NCBI GenBank assembly: GCA_032718475.1
Contig: JAUCBJ010001616.1
Location: 1-64,000 of the forward strand
DNA length: 64,000 nt
From: Nemertoderma westbladi
Taxonomy: Eukaryota; Animalia; Xenacoelomorpha
Direction of reading: 5' to 3'
Program-made: the position numbers and the translations under genes
The notes under the pieces: model-generated
Told to the model about the DNA's origin: nothing
Databases searched by the model: none
What the model saw: only the letters and a program-made list of their open reading frames with translations
In this document: piece after piece, positions 25,385 to 37,075 of the stretch
How positions within the stretch are numbered: the stretch's first letter is position 1
Layout of the letters: each line of letters begins with the position of its first letter

Positions 25385-25721
25385 AAATTAGGAAAACACT
25401 AGTAATACAGTATAACACTTGGAAAACATGGAAAAACACTGTAAAACACCCGGAAAACAGTGAAAATATCGATTGGCAGTTATTTAAAGGATCTACTCCT
25501 CTACCGGCTGACCGGTAAAACAAGGATAGTGCTGATTGGTTACTGTTGCTTGGTTGCCTGGCAACAATGCTTTGTACGTAGTATTACACAATTTATTTTT
25601 TTTAGCAGCATTATAGGTAAAATTTAATGCTGATCAATATATCACTGTTTTCCAGGGGTTTTACAGTGCTTTTCCTGCGTTTTCCTAGTGTTTTACTGTT
25701 TTACTAATGTTTTCTTAATTT
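25385..25721. mobile_element. Old MITE-like element with about 95-bp diverged inverted repeats
   Basis: 25385-25478 is the approximate reverse complement of 25628-25721 (AAATTAGGAAAACACTAGTAA...GGAAAACAGTGA). Confidence 0.65.
25553..25565. promoter_or_regulatory. RFX X-box-like palindrome
   Basis: GTTGCC-T-GGCAAC fits GTNRCC(N0-3)RGYAAC. Inverted CCAAT (ATTGG) nearby. Function unproven. Confidence 0.35.
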
Positions 25722-25763
25722 ATAATTATTGGACTTCACAGACACCTGGGTATGTGGCATTTC

Positions 25764-25825
25764 CTAATTTAGCCCTACATTGAACTAATTTAGCCCTACA
25801 TTGAACTAATTTAGCCCTACATTGA
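25764..25825 (+). repeat. 21-bp tandem repeat x3 (CTAATTTAGCCCTACATTGAA)
   Basis: Directly visible. Confidence 0.9.
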
Positions 25826-26177
25826 GCGGGTAATTTTTTAAGGTGTTTGGGATTTTGAATAAGGATAGTGTTTATCAATGATGATTACGGCTGGGATTGA
25901 ATTTTCAAACCTGATGGTATTTGGGGATGACATTAAAAAGGGATGGAGATTTGGTATATTTTTTTACCTACTTATTACTTGGCCTTATCTATTGACCATT
26001 GATTAAACAAGAACAAGTAGTATAAGTACCAAGTTATAACAAGAACAATAAAAATTATTACACATTTTACCGAAACCCACCAGCGGAGTACTGTTAGTGC
26101 AATTTGCCTTCGTAACACTTCCACGTATATGTATACTTTACAGCCATAAAACAAATTATATAAAAATAAAATTAAAA

Positions 26178-27737
26178 TCATGTATTCTTTGCAATTAGAA
26201 GAGGTTTAGTTCGCCTGACTTCATTGCGTAGTTTACGTTCGTCGCAATACAATGTCGCGCCGCTGAGGGCTGACTGTCGACTGTTTGCACCGTGCGCATA
26301 ACCAAATTGAATTTGGTGTGAGGTTGGAAACTTAGCAAGACTAACGGCGTTGTCCGCGTATGAAAGCGCCTCACCCACGACCGTCGGTGTGCGTACGTTA
26401 TTGCCACTTCTGACCCTATTGGTTGGTGGCAAGTCAAAGGTGCTCTCTGATTCGTCAACGACACCCTTTGAGATATGACCACCCATCTTCCGACCAACTA
26501 TGATTTTTTGTCCTGGGAAATGGGCGAAGGTGGGGAGGGAGGTGGGTTTCTTGGAGGTGCTCATAGCGCCCGCAGGTCGTAAAGTTCGGGAACCGCTAGG
26601 CGGTTTAATCTGAGCGAAACCTAACGATTTATTACCCACTGGGGGATTCACTGGTACAGTTCTTTCCGAGATCACTTTAAGAAGATCATGATCATATTGG
26701 TAGACACCCGTGTGCGTGTCGATATGCGAGCCGTTCGGTCTATCACCTACGAGATTCATCTCGGATTGTGGTGATACCCATTTCGGAGTGTTCCACCCGC
26801 CGGCTGTGGCCTTTGTGCTGCCACCACGAAAGTTTTTATGCGAGTTCTCGTTGGACGGAATATTCCCCGAGGGAAGGCTTGTGTGCATCGCTATTGTGTG
26901 TTCTTTTACAAAGGAGGGTTTTTGTTTAGTGCGTTTATCTGCGTTATAAAACAACGGTGGTCTTGTGAACGTGGAGGCTTGCCTCGCTAAACTCCCGGCA
27001 CTGCGAGGTTTAATTTTCCCGCTGAATTGTTTGAATATCCTGTAATCTTCTACGTACCGGGAGGCGATTCTATGGTGCAGACATCCGGGGTTCCAGTGAG
27101 GACCGCTGTGTTTGGCGACTTCGAATGGCCGCCGGGGATTGGAGCGTCGCCGCGCCGATTCCGAGACCGTAGTTTCCGACTCGGTCGGACCCCATGGACT
27201 CAGTGCAGACTGGTAGCAGTCCACCATCGAGGTGCAGGTACACCGAGACGGTATGTCATTCGGCAATTTGCTCATCTCGTTCGCTGTCAGGCTCTTCTGT
27301 TGTTTCGATAACTCCATTTCCCCGAAATTAGTATCGATATAATTATTGGTCAAATTCTTCCAAGAACTATCCAACTTTATTGCAGTTTTATAACTCGAGA
27401 TAGTATTAGACAATCTTGAAGAACAAGGTTGATTCCAGCTATGTACATAAGCGTTCATGACAAACTTTTCCGGCATCTTGTTATCTAGTTTATCACACAT
27501 TTTAGATTTTTCCACTTCATCAGCTTTTTTATCATCAAAATTATTCAGCGATTGTTGACCATATACTTCAGCTTTATTAATATAGGAGTTTAATACAAAT
27601 TCTCTAGAAGGCGGAAGTTGCCTCTCAGCTCCATCATCGGAATCCGAAGCGCCATTATCGACCCCATCGGTGTCATCATTAGCATCTGTGGCAGTTGAAG
27701 AGGTCGAACTAGATGTAGCGCTGCCACTAACACTCAT
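26178..27737 (-). CDS. Uncharacterised 519-aa S/T/P/G-rich, probably disordered protein (single or terminal exon)
   Basis: 1.56-kb non-repetitive ORF, GC-richer than its flanks. No family motif recognised. Confidence 0.7.
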   Translation of the reverse strand: MSVSGSATSSSTSSTATDANDDTDGVDNGASDSDDGAERQLPPSREFVLNSYINKAEVYGQQSLNNFDDKKADEVEKSKMCDKLDNKMPEKFVMNAYVHSWNQPCSSRLSNTISSYKTAIKLDSSWKNLTNNYIDTNFGEMELSKQQKSLTANEMSKLPNDIPSRCTCTSMVDCYQSALSPWGPTESETTVSESARRRSNPRRPFEVAKHSGPHWNPGCLHHRIASRYVEDYRIFKQFSGKIKPRSAGSLARQASTFTRPPLFYNADKRTKQKPSFVKEHTIAMHTSLPSGNIPSNENSHKNFRGGSTKATAGGWNTPKWVSPQSEMNLVGDRPNGSHIDTHTGVYQYDHDLLKVISERTVPVNPPVGNKSLGFAQIKPPSGSRTLRPAGAMSTSKKPTSLPTFAHFPGQKIIVGRKMGGHISKGVVDESESTFDLPPTNRVRSGNNVRTPTVVGEALSYADNAVSLAKFPTSHQIQFGYAHGANSRQSALSGATLYCDERKLRNEVRRTKPLLIAKNT

Positions 27738-29109
27738 AATAGATTGGGGAAAATATTATATTAATATGTTATATAAAATATTCAAGGTTCAGACGGGGAT
27801 TAATTGTCGTTATAAACAGGTTCCTACGAATACATACAACAAAAGCAACACAACGTGAACACAATAAGTAGACACTGGGGTGTCTTTGCGTTCATGGGGG
27901 TGCCTGGTTACAAAGGGGGAGGCAATTATAAAACAACTATGATAATAATTACTTTAGCGTGCTCACTGGAGGAATAATAATTCTGTGCCAAAATATGCCC
28001 TGCTTTATCCAAAGTTGGCATACCATTACTCTTTTGCGTTTTATTGTAAAACTATTTAAGAAGAATATTTATCGGAAATGATTGTAAAGTCTACCCATTG
28101 TAATATCAATGCGGTAGGGTAGGACTTATAGGTTCTATATCAACCCAAATTAGATTATTACTGCAACCTAACATTAGATTATACTACTGTTACATAAATC
28201 GTTTCATAATGTTGCAAATGGAACTGCGATGACATCCAAGCAAAATAAATACAACACTTTGAAACATCAATTAGCAGAAATCTGTGTGTTATAATGTTCA
28301 TGAAAATCCATACAACGATTTTATAAAGGCAACGAAAGACATCTGCTACATGTTTTGGTTCGCCACAATACGATAATTAATGCGTATCCAACGCCAACAA
28401 CTATTGTAAATGTAATTTGGAGGGGAACACCGACTTTAAAATCGTGGATTTAATTTCCGCAAGTAAAAGTGTAATAAATAACAATAGAAATTGATTTGAT
28501 TACGCTGAGTCTACTGTATCCATGAATACATTAAACACATTGAAATAAATAAATACATATAAAACACATTAAACTTTCAAAAACACCTCAAATTTTGTGG
28601 GTTTGTTGTACTCCAGTTTATCTAGAAGGTGGAAGTTGCCTCTAAGGTACTTAAGTCAGTTACCGTCAAGGATAACTTAGATTTTGGTCGCTTCGCTCGC
28701 CTGACCCCCCCCCCCCCCCCCATCGCCTTCACCAAAAGTTAAATGCGTCACTGATCACACTTTATGTGCCTAATTTATATAGGACGACAATAATGGCTGA
28801 AAGTAAAGTGTGATTGTGTATTGAATTATTTCCAATGGCTATTATGTTGCCTAGCAGTACTAGTTCGAAACATATAACAACACAGAACAAACCTAAGCAG
28901 TACCCATCAAACAAAGTAATATTATAATAATTAGTCAAGCGATGGATACATGAGTAACAACCAAGGCGTACTATATAGTACATAGTACGCCTTGGTAACA
29001 ACACTGGTCGGTGTTCGAATATTTGATTTGATTAAAATTTAAGACTTTCGACATTGACCAAATGCTTTGCCTTTATTTAACGTCGGATTTCCGTGGGTGC
29101 ACTGATAAG

Positions 29110-30104
29110 TATAGCACTCTGCATTGATAAGGCTAGAGTTCCGTATAGCACTCTGCATTGATAAGGCTAGAGTTCCGTATAGCACTCTGCACTGATAAGG
29201 CTAGAGTTCCGTATAGCACTCTGCACCGATAAGGCTAGAGTTCCGTATAACACTCTGCATTGATAAGGCTAGAGTTCCGTATAGCACTCTGCATTGATAA
29301 GGCTAGAGTTCCGTATAGCACTCTGCATTGATAAGGCTAGAGTTCCGTATAGCACTCTGCATTGATAAGGCTAGAGTTCCGTATAGCACTCTGCATTGAT
29401 AAGGCTAGAGTTCCGTATAGCACTCTGCATTGATAAGGCTAGAGTTCCGTATAGCACTCTGCATTGATAAGGCTAGAGTTCCGTATAGCACTCTGCACTG
29501 ATAAGGCTAGAGTTCCGTATAGCACTCTGCATTGATAAGGCTAGAGTTCCGTATAGCACTCTGCATTGATAAGGCTAGAGTTCCGTATAGCACTCTGCAT
29601 TGATAAGGCTAGAGTTCCGTATAGCACTCTGCATTGATAAGGCTAGAGTTCCGTATAGCACTCTGCATTGATAAGGCTAGAGTTCCGTATAGCACTCTGC
29701 ATTGATAAGGCTAGAGTTCCGTATAGCACTCTGCATTGATAAGGCTAGAGTTCCGTATAACACTCTGCATTGATAAGGCTAGAGTTCCGTATAGCACTCT
29801 GCACTGATAAGGCTAGAGTTCCGTATAGCACTCTGCACCGATAAGGCTAGAGTTCCGTATAACACTCTGCATTGATAAGGCTAGAGTTCCGTATAGCACT
29901 CTGCATTGATAAGGCTAGAGTTCCGTATAGCACTCTGCATTGATAAGGCTAGAGTTCCGTATAGCACTCTGCATTGATAAGGCTAGAGTTCCGTATAGCA
30001 CTCTGCATTGATAAGGCTAGAGTTCCGTATAGCACTCTGCATTGATAAGGCTAGAGTTCCGTATAGCACTCTGCACCGATAAGGCTAGAGTTCCGTATAG
30101 CACT
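29110..30104. repeat. 34-bp tandem array (GTATAGCACTCTGCATTGATAAGGCTAGAGTTCC), about 29 copies
   Basis: Directly visible and highly homogeneous. Confidence 0.97.
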
Positions 30105-32250
30105 AAATTTTTAAAACATATATATATCATTGTTACAATGGCAACATTGAAGAGTTCTAGAACAATAGAAAATTATTATATACTATTCTAAAACATATAT
30201 ACAATAAAAAATAGAATGTTCTAGAACATATACCTAGTTTTTTTTAATTTAAATTATTTTTTTTAATTTTTTAATTTTCAAAAATTATTATTTTTTTTAC
30301 GACTTATCAATTAATAATGGCAATATAATTATCAGAAATATGTTATATTTATATTTTGAGTCTAAACTTAAATTACTAAATTAAAAAAAATTATTTTTAA
30401 ATAAATTTCTGAATACATTTAAATTAATAGTTTATAGGGCCTAGGGTTTTTGTATACCGATCCGATTGCTGAAATTAGCTACCATAAAAAATAAATTCAT
30501 TTTTTGCCGCGGGATATGTTTTAGAACATTTATATATGTCTAAATCTGCTAAAAAATAGCTAGTAAAAAAATACAAAATGGGGAGGAATACGGAACTGTT
30601 CCCAAATTAGCTATTAAAACAAAGGGAACAGTTCTGTATGCAGTCGCATTTTCTAAAAACTTTTTATGAAATATATCGCCGTATATTATGACTAATTTAG
30701 ACCTAAATTACCATCGTTGACTTTCTCACAACATATTTCAAAAAAAATATTGTGTTCTAGAACACAATATTAGCTAATTTCAGAACATTAGCTACCGCTA
30801 ATCAAAAATCAATGTACTGAATATATTTTTTAGATTTTAATTTTTTTATTTTAGGTAACTACATTTTTATAACATAAATCATTGTTACCATGGCAACATT
30901 GTAGAGTTCTAGAACAAAATATAATTGTTATACACTATTCTAGAATATGAATAAAAAAATATATAATGTTCTATATAATATATATATATAATAATATGTA
31001 TTAGCAAATCAATCCTTCAGCCCTTCAGAAAATCAATCCTTCAGCCCTTCAGAAAATCAATCCTTCAGCCCTTCAGAAAATCAATCCTTCAGCAAATAAA
31101 TCATGTATAACTACTTCGGCCTACGGCCTCAGTAGTTATACATATTAATTTGCTTCAGGTATTATTCCGTACTCGAACAGACAATAATTATAGTTTATTC
31201 CTTGCGCATCTGATGTCACCAGAGATATCCGATTACTTTGGACACGAATTTATATGAGTATATATTCGTTGCAACTTGTGTCAACTGGAACTGGCATTGT
31301 ATATTTTTGTTATATATTTTCTAAGTTTACGTTTAATTTTGTTCAACTCACTTTTATGTCCATCGCATGCTTTCTCCACTCCTTCACAGTTGCTGCATTC
31401 TTCTTGCTACACGTTAACCAAATTTGTTTCGCTTTTGGCATCATTGATTAAACATTTTATTAATAATCTTTATTTTTAAGAATAAATATTCTAGAACATT
31501 TTTTTCTAGAAAATTGATAATTAAAATGTTCTAGAACATTTATTATCAGTTTCAGAACACTTAGGTTCTAGGACTCTTATCAATATAAAAATACAGGCAA
31601 AATTTAGCATGAAAATATGTTGAAAAAATACAGACAAAGGCTGGCACGGGCGGAACCCAAAATTCCCCAAAATATAGCACCAAAGCACTTCTTGAACATA
31701 TAGTACTTATTCTAAATATAATAAATACTTTTTCTAGTTCTAGAAGTTTTTTTGAAACCGGTTTTTGTCCGAATATAAGCGTGAGAATAATTGAGATCAT
31801 GTGATAGTGATAGATTAAATCCCGTTACTTCGGGTACTAAATTGAAAACTATCAAAAAGTGGAGAAGATCGCCTACTGATAGACATTGACATTTGACGAA
31901 AAATTGACGAAATATCCTCAATGTTAGGATGTGTAATGGCCCAAGTATTCTCGAATTCTGTAATATATTTGCAACAGACACGATAATAATAAAACTAATA
32001 TTGAGAAAAAAACAATTATTTACAAAGTAGCTACCAGTAGGCCTACTATTTTTAAAAACACAAGCTACCATTAAAAATAAATTTTCTCCTTCCGGTAGTG
32101 CTAAATAAAGATGTGTTTCTGGAACATTGGTTCAACAAGAAAAATCTAAAAGTTTTTTCCATTTTTTTATACACCAGCTAGTTCAAAAATACTAGCTACC
32201 ATAAAAATACAATATATATTTGGCCGCATGATGTTCTAGAACATTAATAA
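30105..32250. repeat. AT-rich repeat block with recurrent TTCTAGAACA and TAGCTAC motifs (probable non-autonomous DNA transposon)
   Basis: More than 10 TTCTAGAA(C) motifs. 30120-30225 is similar to 30870-30975. Termini not resolved. Confidence 0.45.
31006..31094 (+). repeat. 24-bp tandem repeat, about 3.7 copies (AAATCAATCCTTCAGCCCTTCAGA)
   Basis: Directly visible. Confidence 0.9.
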
Positions 32251-32264
32251 ATGCAAAATATTGC

Positions 32265-32785
32265 CTAGACCAACACTTCGGTCCACCTCGACAGACCAGC
32301 TGGCGCGACTCGATGTGGCGGTGAGCGGATTCTGGGGCAACCGCTTCCAGAAGATGTTCATCGTTGTGTCGGTGTCCAACCCGATGGCGGACACCAACAT
32401 GGGGATGTCGCCTCTCATCTCCAGCACGAGGCGAGGAGTGCCGGAAATACGAGGAGAGATTACGCGAGGTGGAACACTCAACTGCCTTAATCTTCTCAAC
32501 TTTCGGCGGAATAGCACCAGCTGCCCACCAGTTTGTCAAACGACTGGCGTTGAAGTTGTCCGACAAACGGCAGGTTCCCTATCCGGAGTGCGTCTCATCG
32601 GTACGTCGGCGAATCAGTTTCTCCCACCTCCGGTCGTCCTTAATGTGTTTGCGCGGTAACCGTTCGATGCTAGGCGACCGGTGCAGGTTGTAGTCTCCGA
32701 ATCGTCGATCCGGTTGGCAATGCAGATTCAGACCCGGGGGTGTTGGCGCAGTTCCGCAGGATGGGGTAGTATAGTACAGTAGTAT
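32265..32785 (+). mobile_element. 3' fragment of a CRE-like non-LTR element (restriction-like endonuclease domain)
   Basis: ARLDVAVSGFWG...VSVSNP, then a frameshift to RKYEERLREVEH...IFSTFGG...FVKRLA...RRRISFSHLRSSLMCLRG. GC-rich island ending in a GTA-rich tail. Confidence 0.75.
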
Positions 32786-32960
32786 GCTCCATTACACCAT
32801 AGACAGTTTCTGTGTTGGAGCTGGGCATTGTACACTATTTATTTTAAATTCCCCTCTTATTTTTGTTGCTTAGTAACGTCAGCTGGTGGTGGGTATTATT
32901 TAACATTATCTGAATTTTGTAAAGTTTTTATTAAATATGTAATAAATAAATGAGACTTAA

Positions 32961-33564
32961 GGCCTGTTTACACGTGGCAACTTTTAGAGCAACTTTCTCG
33001 GCAACTAGCAACTTTTTTTGGAGCAACTTAAATTAATCGCTGTTTAAGGCCATGATACACCACAGGAGCGGCGAGCGGCAGCGGCGGGCGGCCGCGGCGA
33101 GCGGCCGATGTGAGCGGCTACTTTTAGTATGATACACTATAGGAGCGGCGAGCGGCAGCAGCCATTTGTGGTGTATCATCACCCATAGAAAATAATGTGT
33201 TCTATTTTTAAAAAGTGGCCGCTTGTCGCGGCCGCTCGCAGCTGCCGCTCGCCGCTCCTGTGGTGTATCATGGCCTTAACACGTGGCAACTTTACCAGCA
33301 ACTTGGCCGGCAACTTTTAGAGCAACTTGGCTAGTTTGACTGTAAAATAGTGGGTCATTTTATCTACTAGCCAGTTTTTAATAATTTAATTTGATTATCC
33401 CGCTTTACTTCGCCAACGCCATTTCCTTCAAGTTCCCGTAAAAGTTGAGCAACTTTTACGGCAACTTTTTTACGTGTTTACACGGAGCAACTTGATCGGC
33501 AACCTGGGTTGCTCTACAAGTTGCCGAGAAAGTTGCTCTAAAAGTTGCCACGTGTAAACAGGCC
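32961..33564. mobile_element. MITE with about 46-bp TIRs (GGCCTGTTTACACGTGGCAACT...), TTAA-flanked; Harbinger-like termini (Kolobok not excluded)
   Basis: Perfect terminal inverted repeats and internal GCAACTT subrepeats. Confidence 0.9.
33048..33275. mobile_element. Nested 228-bp MITE with 35-bp TIRs (GGCCATGATACACCACAGGAGCGGCGAGCGGCAGC)
   Basis: Perfect TIRs with TTAA on both sides. Interrupts a TGTTTA-CACGTGGCAACT subrepeat of the host MITE. Confidence 0.9.
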
Positions 33565-35440
33565 TTAATGAGGTAAAAAAATATTGCTTAAAAATAGCTA
33601 GTAAACAAATTGAAAGGATGATGTGCACAAGGTGTACCGATTACGTAATGTTTTGGAATACTGTATTAACTGAACGGTAAATAATCTTACGCTTGGCCCA
33701 CAATCGCACAATGGCTATAATGTATGGAGAATACTCAAGACGTGTTTTAGAAGTTTATTGTTACTAAGTTCGTGATTTTGCATCATTCCATCCTATAGGC
33801 CACAAGTCTGCTAATTAAGTAGTACTTTGCAGCGTTACGAGGATATCACAAGAACGTTGAAATAATAATATTAATATTGCAGTTACTTATATAGCGCTTA
33901 AACTGCCATAAGGGCTGGTCAAAAGAGAGTACAAAATACACACTAAAGTAACATAGATCAATAAAGTTTTTTTACCGCAATTACTGTAACCGCAAGTAAA
34001 TTAGATTTGGAAAATTTCAAAACTTCTTCCAGACTACTAGTGTACCACATGTTGAGTTAGATTTCACTTAATTGGCAGAGTTAAATGTCATAATGTAACA
34101 AAATTACGTATATCATTGTGTGAAAACGGCCCTATTCAGCGTATAAGACCCTTGTATATTTATGTGAACCTCCCTTACTGCCCCCGCTTGGTACATAAAT
34201 ACAATACACTGGGGTCATAACGCTGAAAAGTGCCTTGACACAAAAAAAACTTGTCACACATTGATGTAAATAGTTATTAAAGCTATAAATCTTATATTGA
34301 TCGGTACTACCTATGTCAAGGTACTTTACATATGTGCCAAGAACAGGCACATTGTGTGAAAAGTAGAACATTTCAACGTTATTGAGGTTGTACTGTATAA
34401 TGAGTGTTGTTTGTCAAGTTTTAAAGTTAGCATTTGTCGCCATGATAGGGATAAGGCATTGAATCCAGAAATGTGGCCTAATAGGGTTTCTGTGATGCAA
34501 TAGTAGTAGAAGAGACCAGGATAGGGCGAATCTGGGGCATTTTAACTCTGTTCGTGAGATATAAGTTCTGGTAAATGGAGTCTCGCAGTAGCAAAAACCG
34601 AAGTGAGCATAACTTAAAAACGCATTCAGTAGGGTCATTATCTGATTATCAGATTTATCTGATTATTCTCAAATTATTACGCCGCACCAAACTCCTGTTG
34701 CCTCGGGTGACAAAGGTAATGTAACTTAATTAATGGATAAAAACTTTCCAACGTTATTTCCGAACTTGATGGAGTCAAGCAAGACGATAGTTTTGGCCCA
34801 ACCTGTTTTCTCGTGTTTATAGCCGATCTATCAACAGTATTATTATATAACGTTATATCGTTAGTTTTATTTTCTTTGCGGATGACCTATTAATTTAATC
34901 TATAAACCGAGTGGATATACAGCGGGCTATTGATTGATTCTTTAATGTTTGGTGTATTGAAAAATGCATGGAGGTGAACAATCCAAATACAAAAATAAAA
35001 AAGTTCGTAAAAGAATGGCAACGGAAGACAAATATATACGCTGGATCCGAAGTTATTATCTCAAACCAGTTTGAGTACCTAGGAATTTTACCACAACGCC
35101 ATATTATCATCTTTAGGTTTATTTTGCTAGTTTGATTGAATCCGAAACATTTTTAATTACATTCTGGAAGATTTATCCAACATAGAAAAATTAAACAATT
35201 AGGCGTTTCAAATTTTAGAATATCGTCGGGAATTCTCTAGGAAATTGAAAACGTTTCGTTTTCGCATTCTGAGGAAGATGGTGCTTCGGTATCTATTTAA
35301 GACAAAAACTATGATGTATCAGGCTGGACCACTATCCAGAAACAATATAGCATAATCACCAAATTTCGTTCCATGCAATAGAAAGTTAATAGAAAAATAA
35401 ATTTCAAATCTGAAAAGTTATAAATGTGTACCGTATTAGC

Positions 35441-36185
35441 CTACTATACTACTACTGCTTAGTTCGAGCGAATTCGAACAGTGGCAATGAGATCCTGTCA
35501 GGCTTTCCCGATTCTCCATAGTTGTCGCAATTTCGTTTCTCCCAAGTTCAGTATCCCTTTCAAGTTGATCTTCAAGTTGATGTTATGGCCGGTCGTCCAC
35601 GACTACGCTTTCCATGAGTTGGTTGCCAGAAAAGTAGATCTGGTATGACCTCGTCTTTACTTCGCCAGCAGTGCGCACTGAATCTTAATCTGAGCTCACG
35701 GAGGGTGGTTGATACAGGTGGTATAGTACCATAGAGCTCGGCGTTTGTTATGTGTTGTCTCCAGCTGATGTTTAGGGCTGCCCTTAGTAGTCTTGTGTAG
35801 CAACCATCAATTCGTTGTTCAAGTGATTTAGTCAGTGTCCAGGTCTCACCCCCATATAAAAGTACACTTTCCACTGTGGCTCGAAAGAACTTAGTCTTCA
35901 GGTGCCTGGAGAGATCTGATTTCCAGATGGTATCCATTTTTGATAGAGCTACCCAAGCCTTTGCTTTCCTAACTTCTATGTCCTTTTTGCTACTCTCTAT
36001 CCATGATCCAAGGTACTGGAAGTCGTCAACCTTCCTTAGTTGATTATTATCGATTGTTGTCATGTTTCCATTTACATTAAAAGTCATGAATTCGGCCTTG
36101 GTAGCATTTATATGCAATCCAACCTCCTTATTAGCACCCATTTCCACTTTATTCAGTAGAAGCTGTGTATCTGCTAGCGTATTTG
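35441..36185 (-). mobile_element. 3' fragment of an RTE LINE with (GTA)n-like tail
   Basis: GLHINATK, FQYLGSW, FRATVESVLLYG.ETW, RLRFSAHCWR, RSRGRP. Confidence 0.88.
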
Positions 36186-36251
36186 ATAGAGACTATATTA
36201 CTACCGATGTAAAATTAACCTCATTAATTACAGAACGTATTTCTATTTCAG

Positions 36252-36458
36252 ATGAAAGTACTTTTCGCAATCGCAGCTATACTAATGTTTGCAACCACAT
36301 CTATGGGATACTTCGATGATAATATTATTCTACAACATTGTTGGATGGCATGCGTTACTTACTGTGACCCATATGTGGTGGATTATTGCATCATGTATTG
36401 TTTGAATTCTATTGAAATTAACATTGATGATTATGTCTACAATATTTGCACCGAATAG
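36252..36458 (+). CDS. Small secreted acidic cysteine-rich peptide (68 aa)
   Basis: Signal peptide MKVLFAIAAILMFATTSMG and 6 Cys. ATG directly follows acceptor-like TTCTATTTCAG. AATAAA at 36591. Confidence 0.7.
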   Translation: MKVLFAIAAILMFATTSMGYFDDNIILQHCWMACVTYCDPYVVDYCIMYCLNSIEINIDDYVYNICTE

Positions 36459-37075
36459 CCGCCTGACAAACTTATTGGAAAAAAGTAAAAACAAAAAATA
36501 ATAACGATATTGACTCTGGTATATTTTAGTATTAAATATCTTATGTCCCAATAATTAATATTTGGCCTATGGATATTCTCAAGGCCATTCAATAAATAAT
36601 TAATTCTTTAAAATATACCCTTTATTGTCCGCAAAAGTGCGGACAATAAGTTGCTAGCTAGTATTATTTAATTACACAAGATTGCAGAATTCACCTCCAA
36701 TTTACGATAACTCTGTTACGTTAAACTTAAATTTAAAGTGAATATTTAAAAGAAAACAACATCTTTTACAAAAAAAAAGCATTTTTTTTCCTCGAAATAG
36801 TAAAAACTTTACCTATTCCTTGAAAATTCGGATTATAAAGTCAGACAAAAAAAACGTTACTTTCTTTTTGTAAAATAAATAGTTATTGTTATTAATATTT
36901 ATTGTTTGTGGTAAAATATTTTGTTCATTATTAAAATGATTTGTGCCGCGATTTAACACAACATGCGCGTGTTTGAAAAAATCAGTAAGATGTTTAAGAA
37001 TGATGAGATAACTAAAGATATTGTCTGTTTATGTGATAGTAAGGTTGGGTAAACACAAGTTTGGAAACAGTGAGT

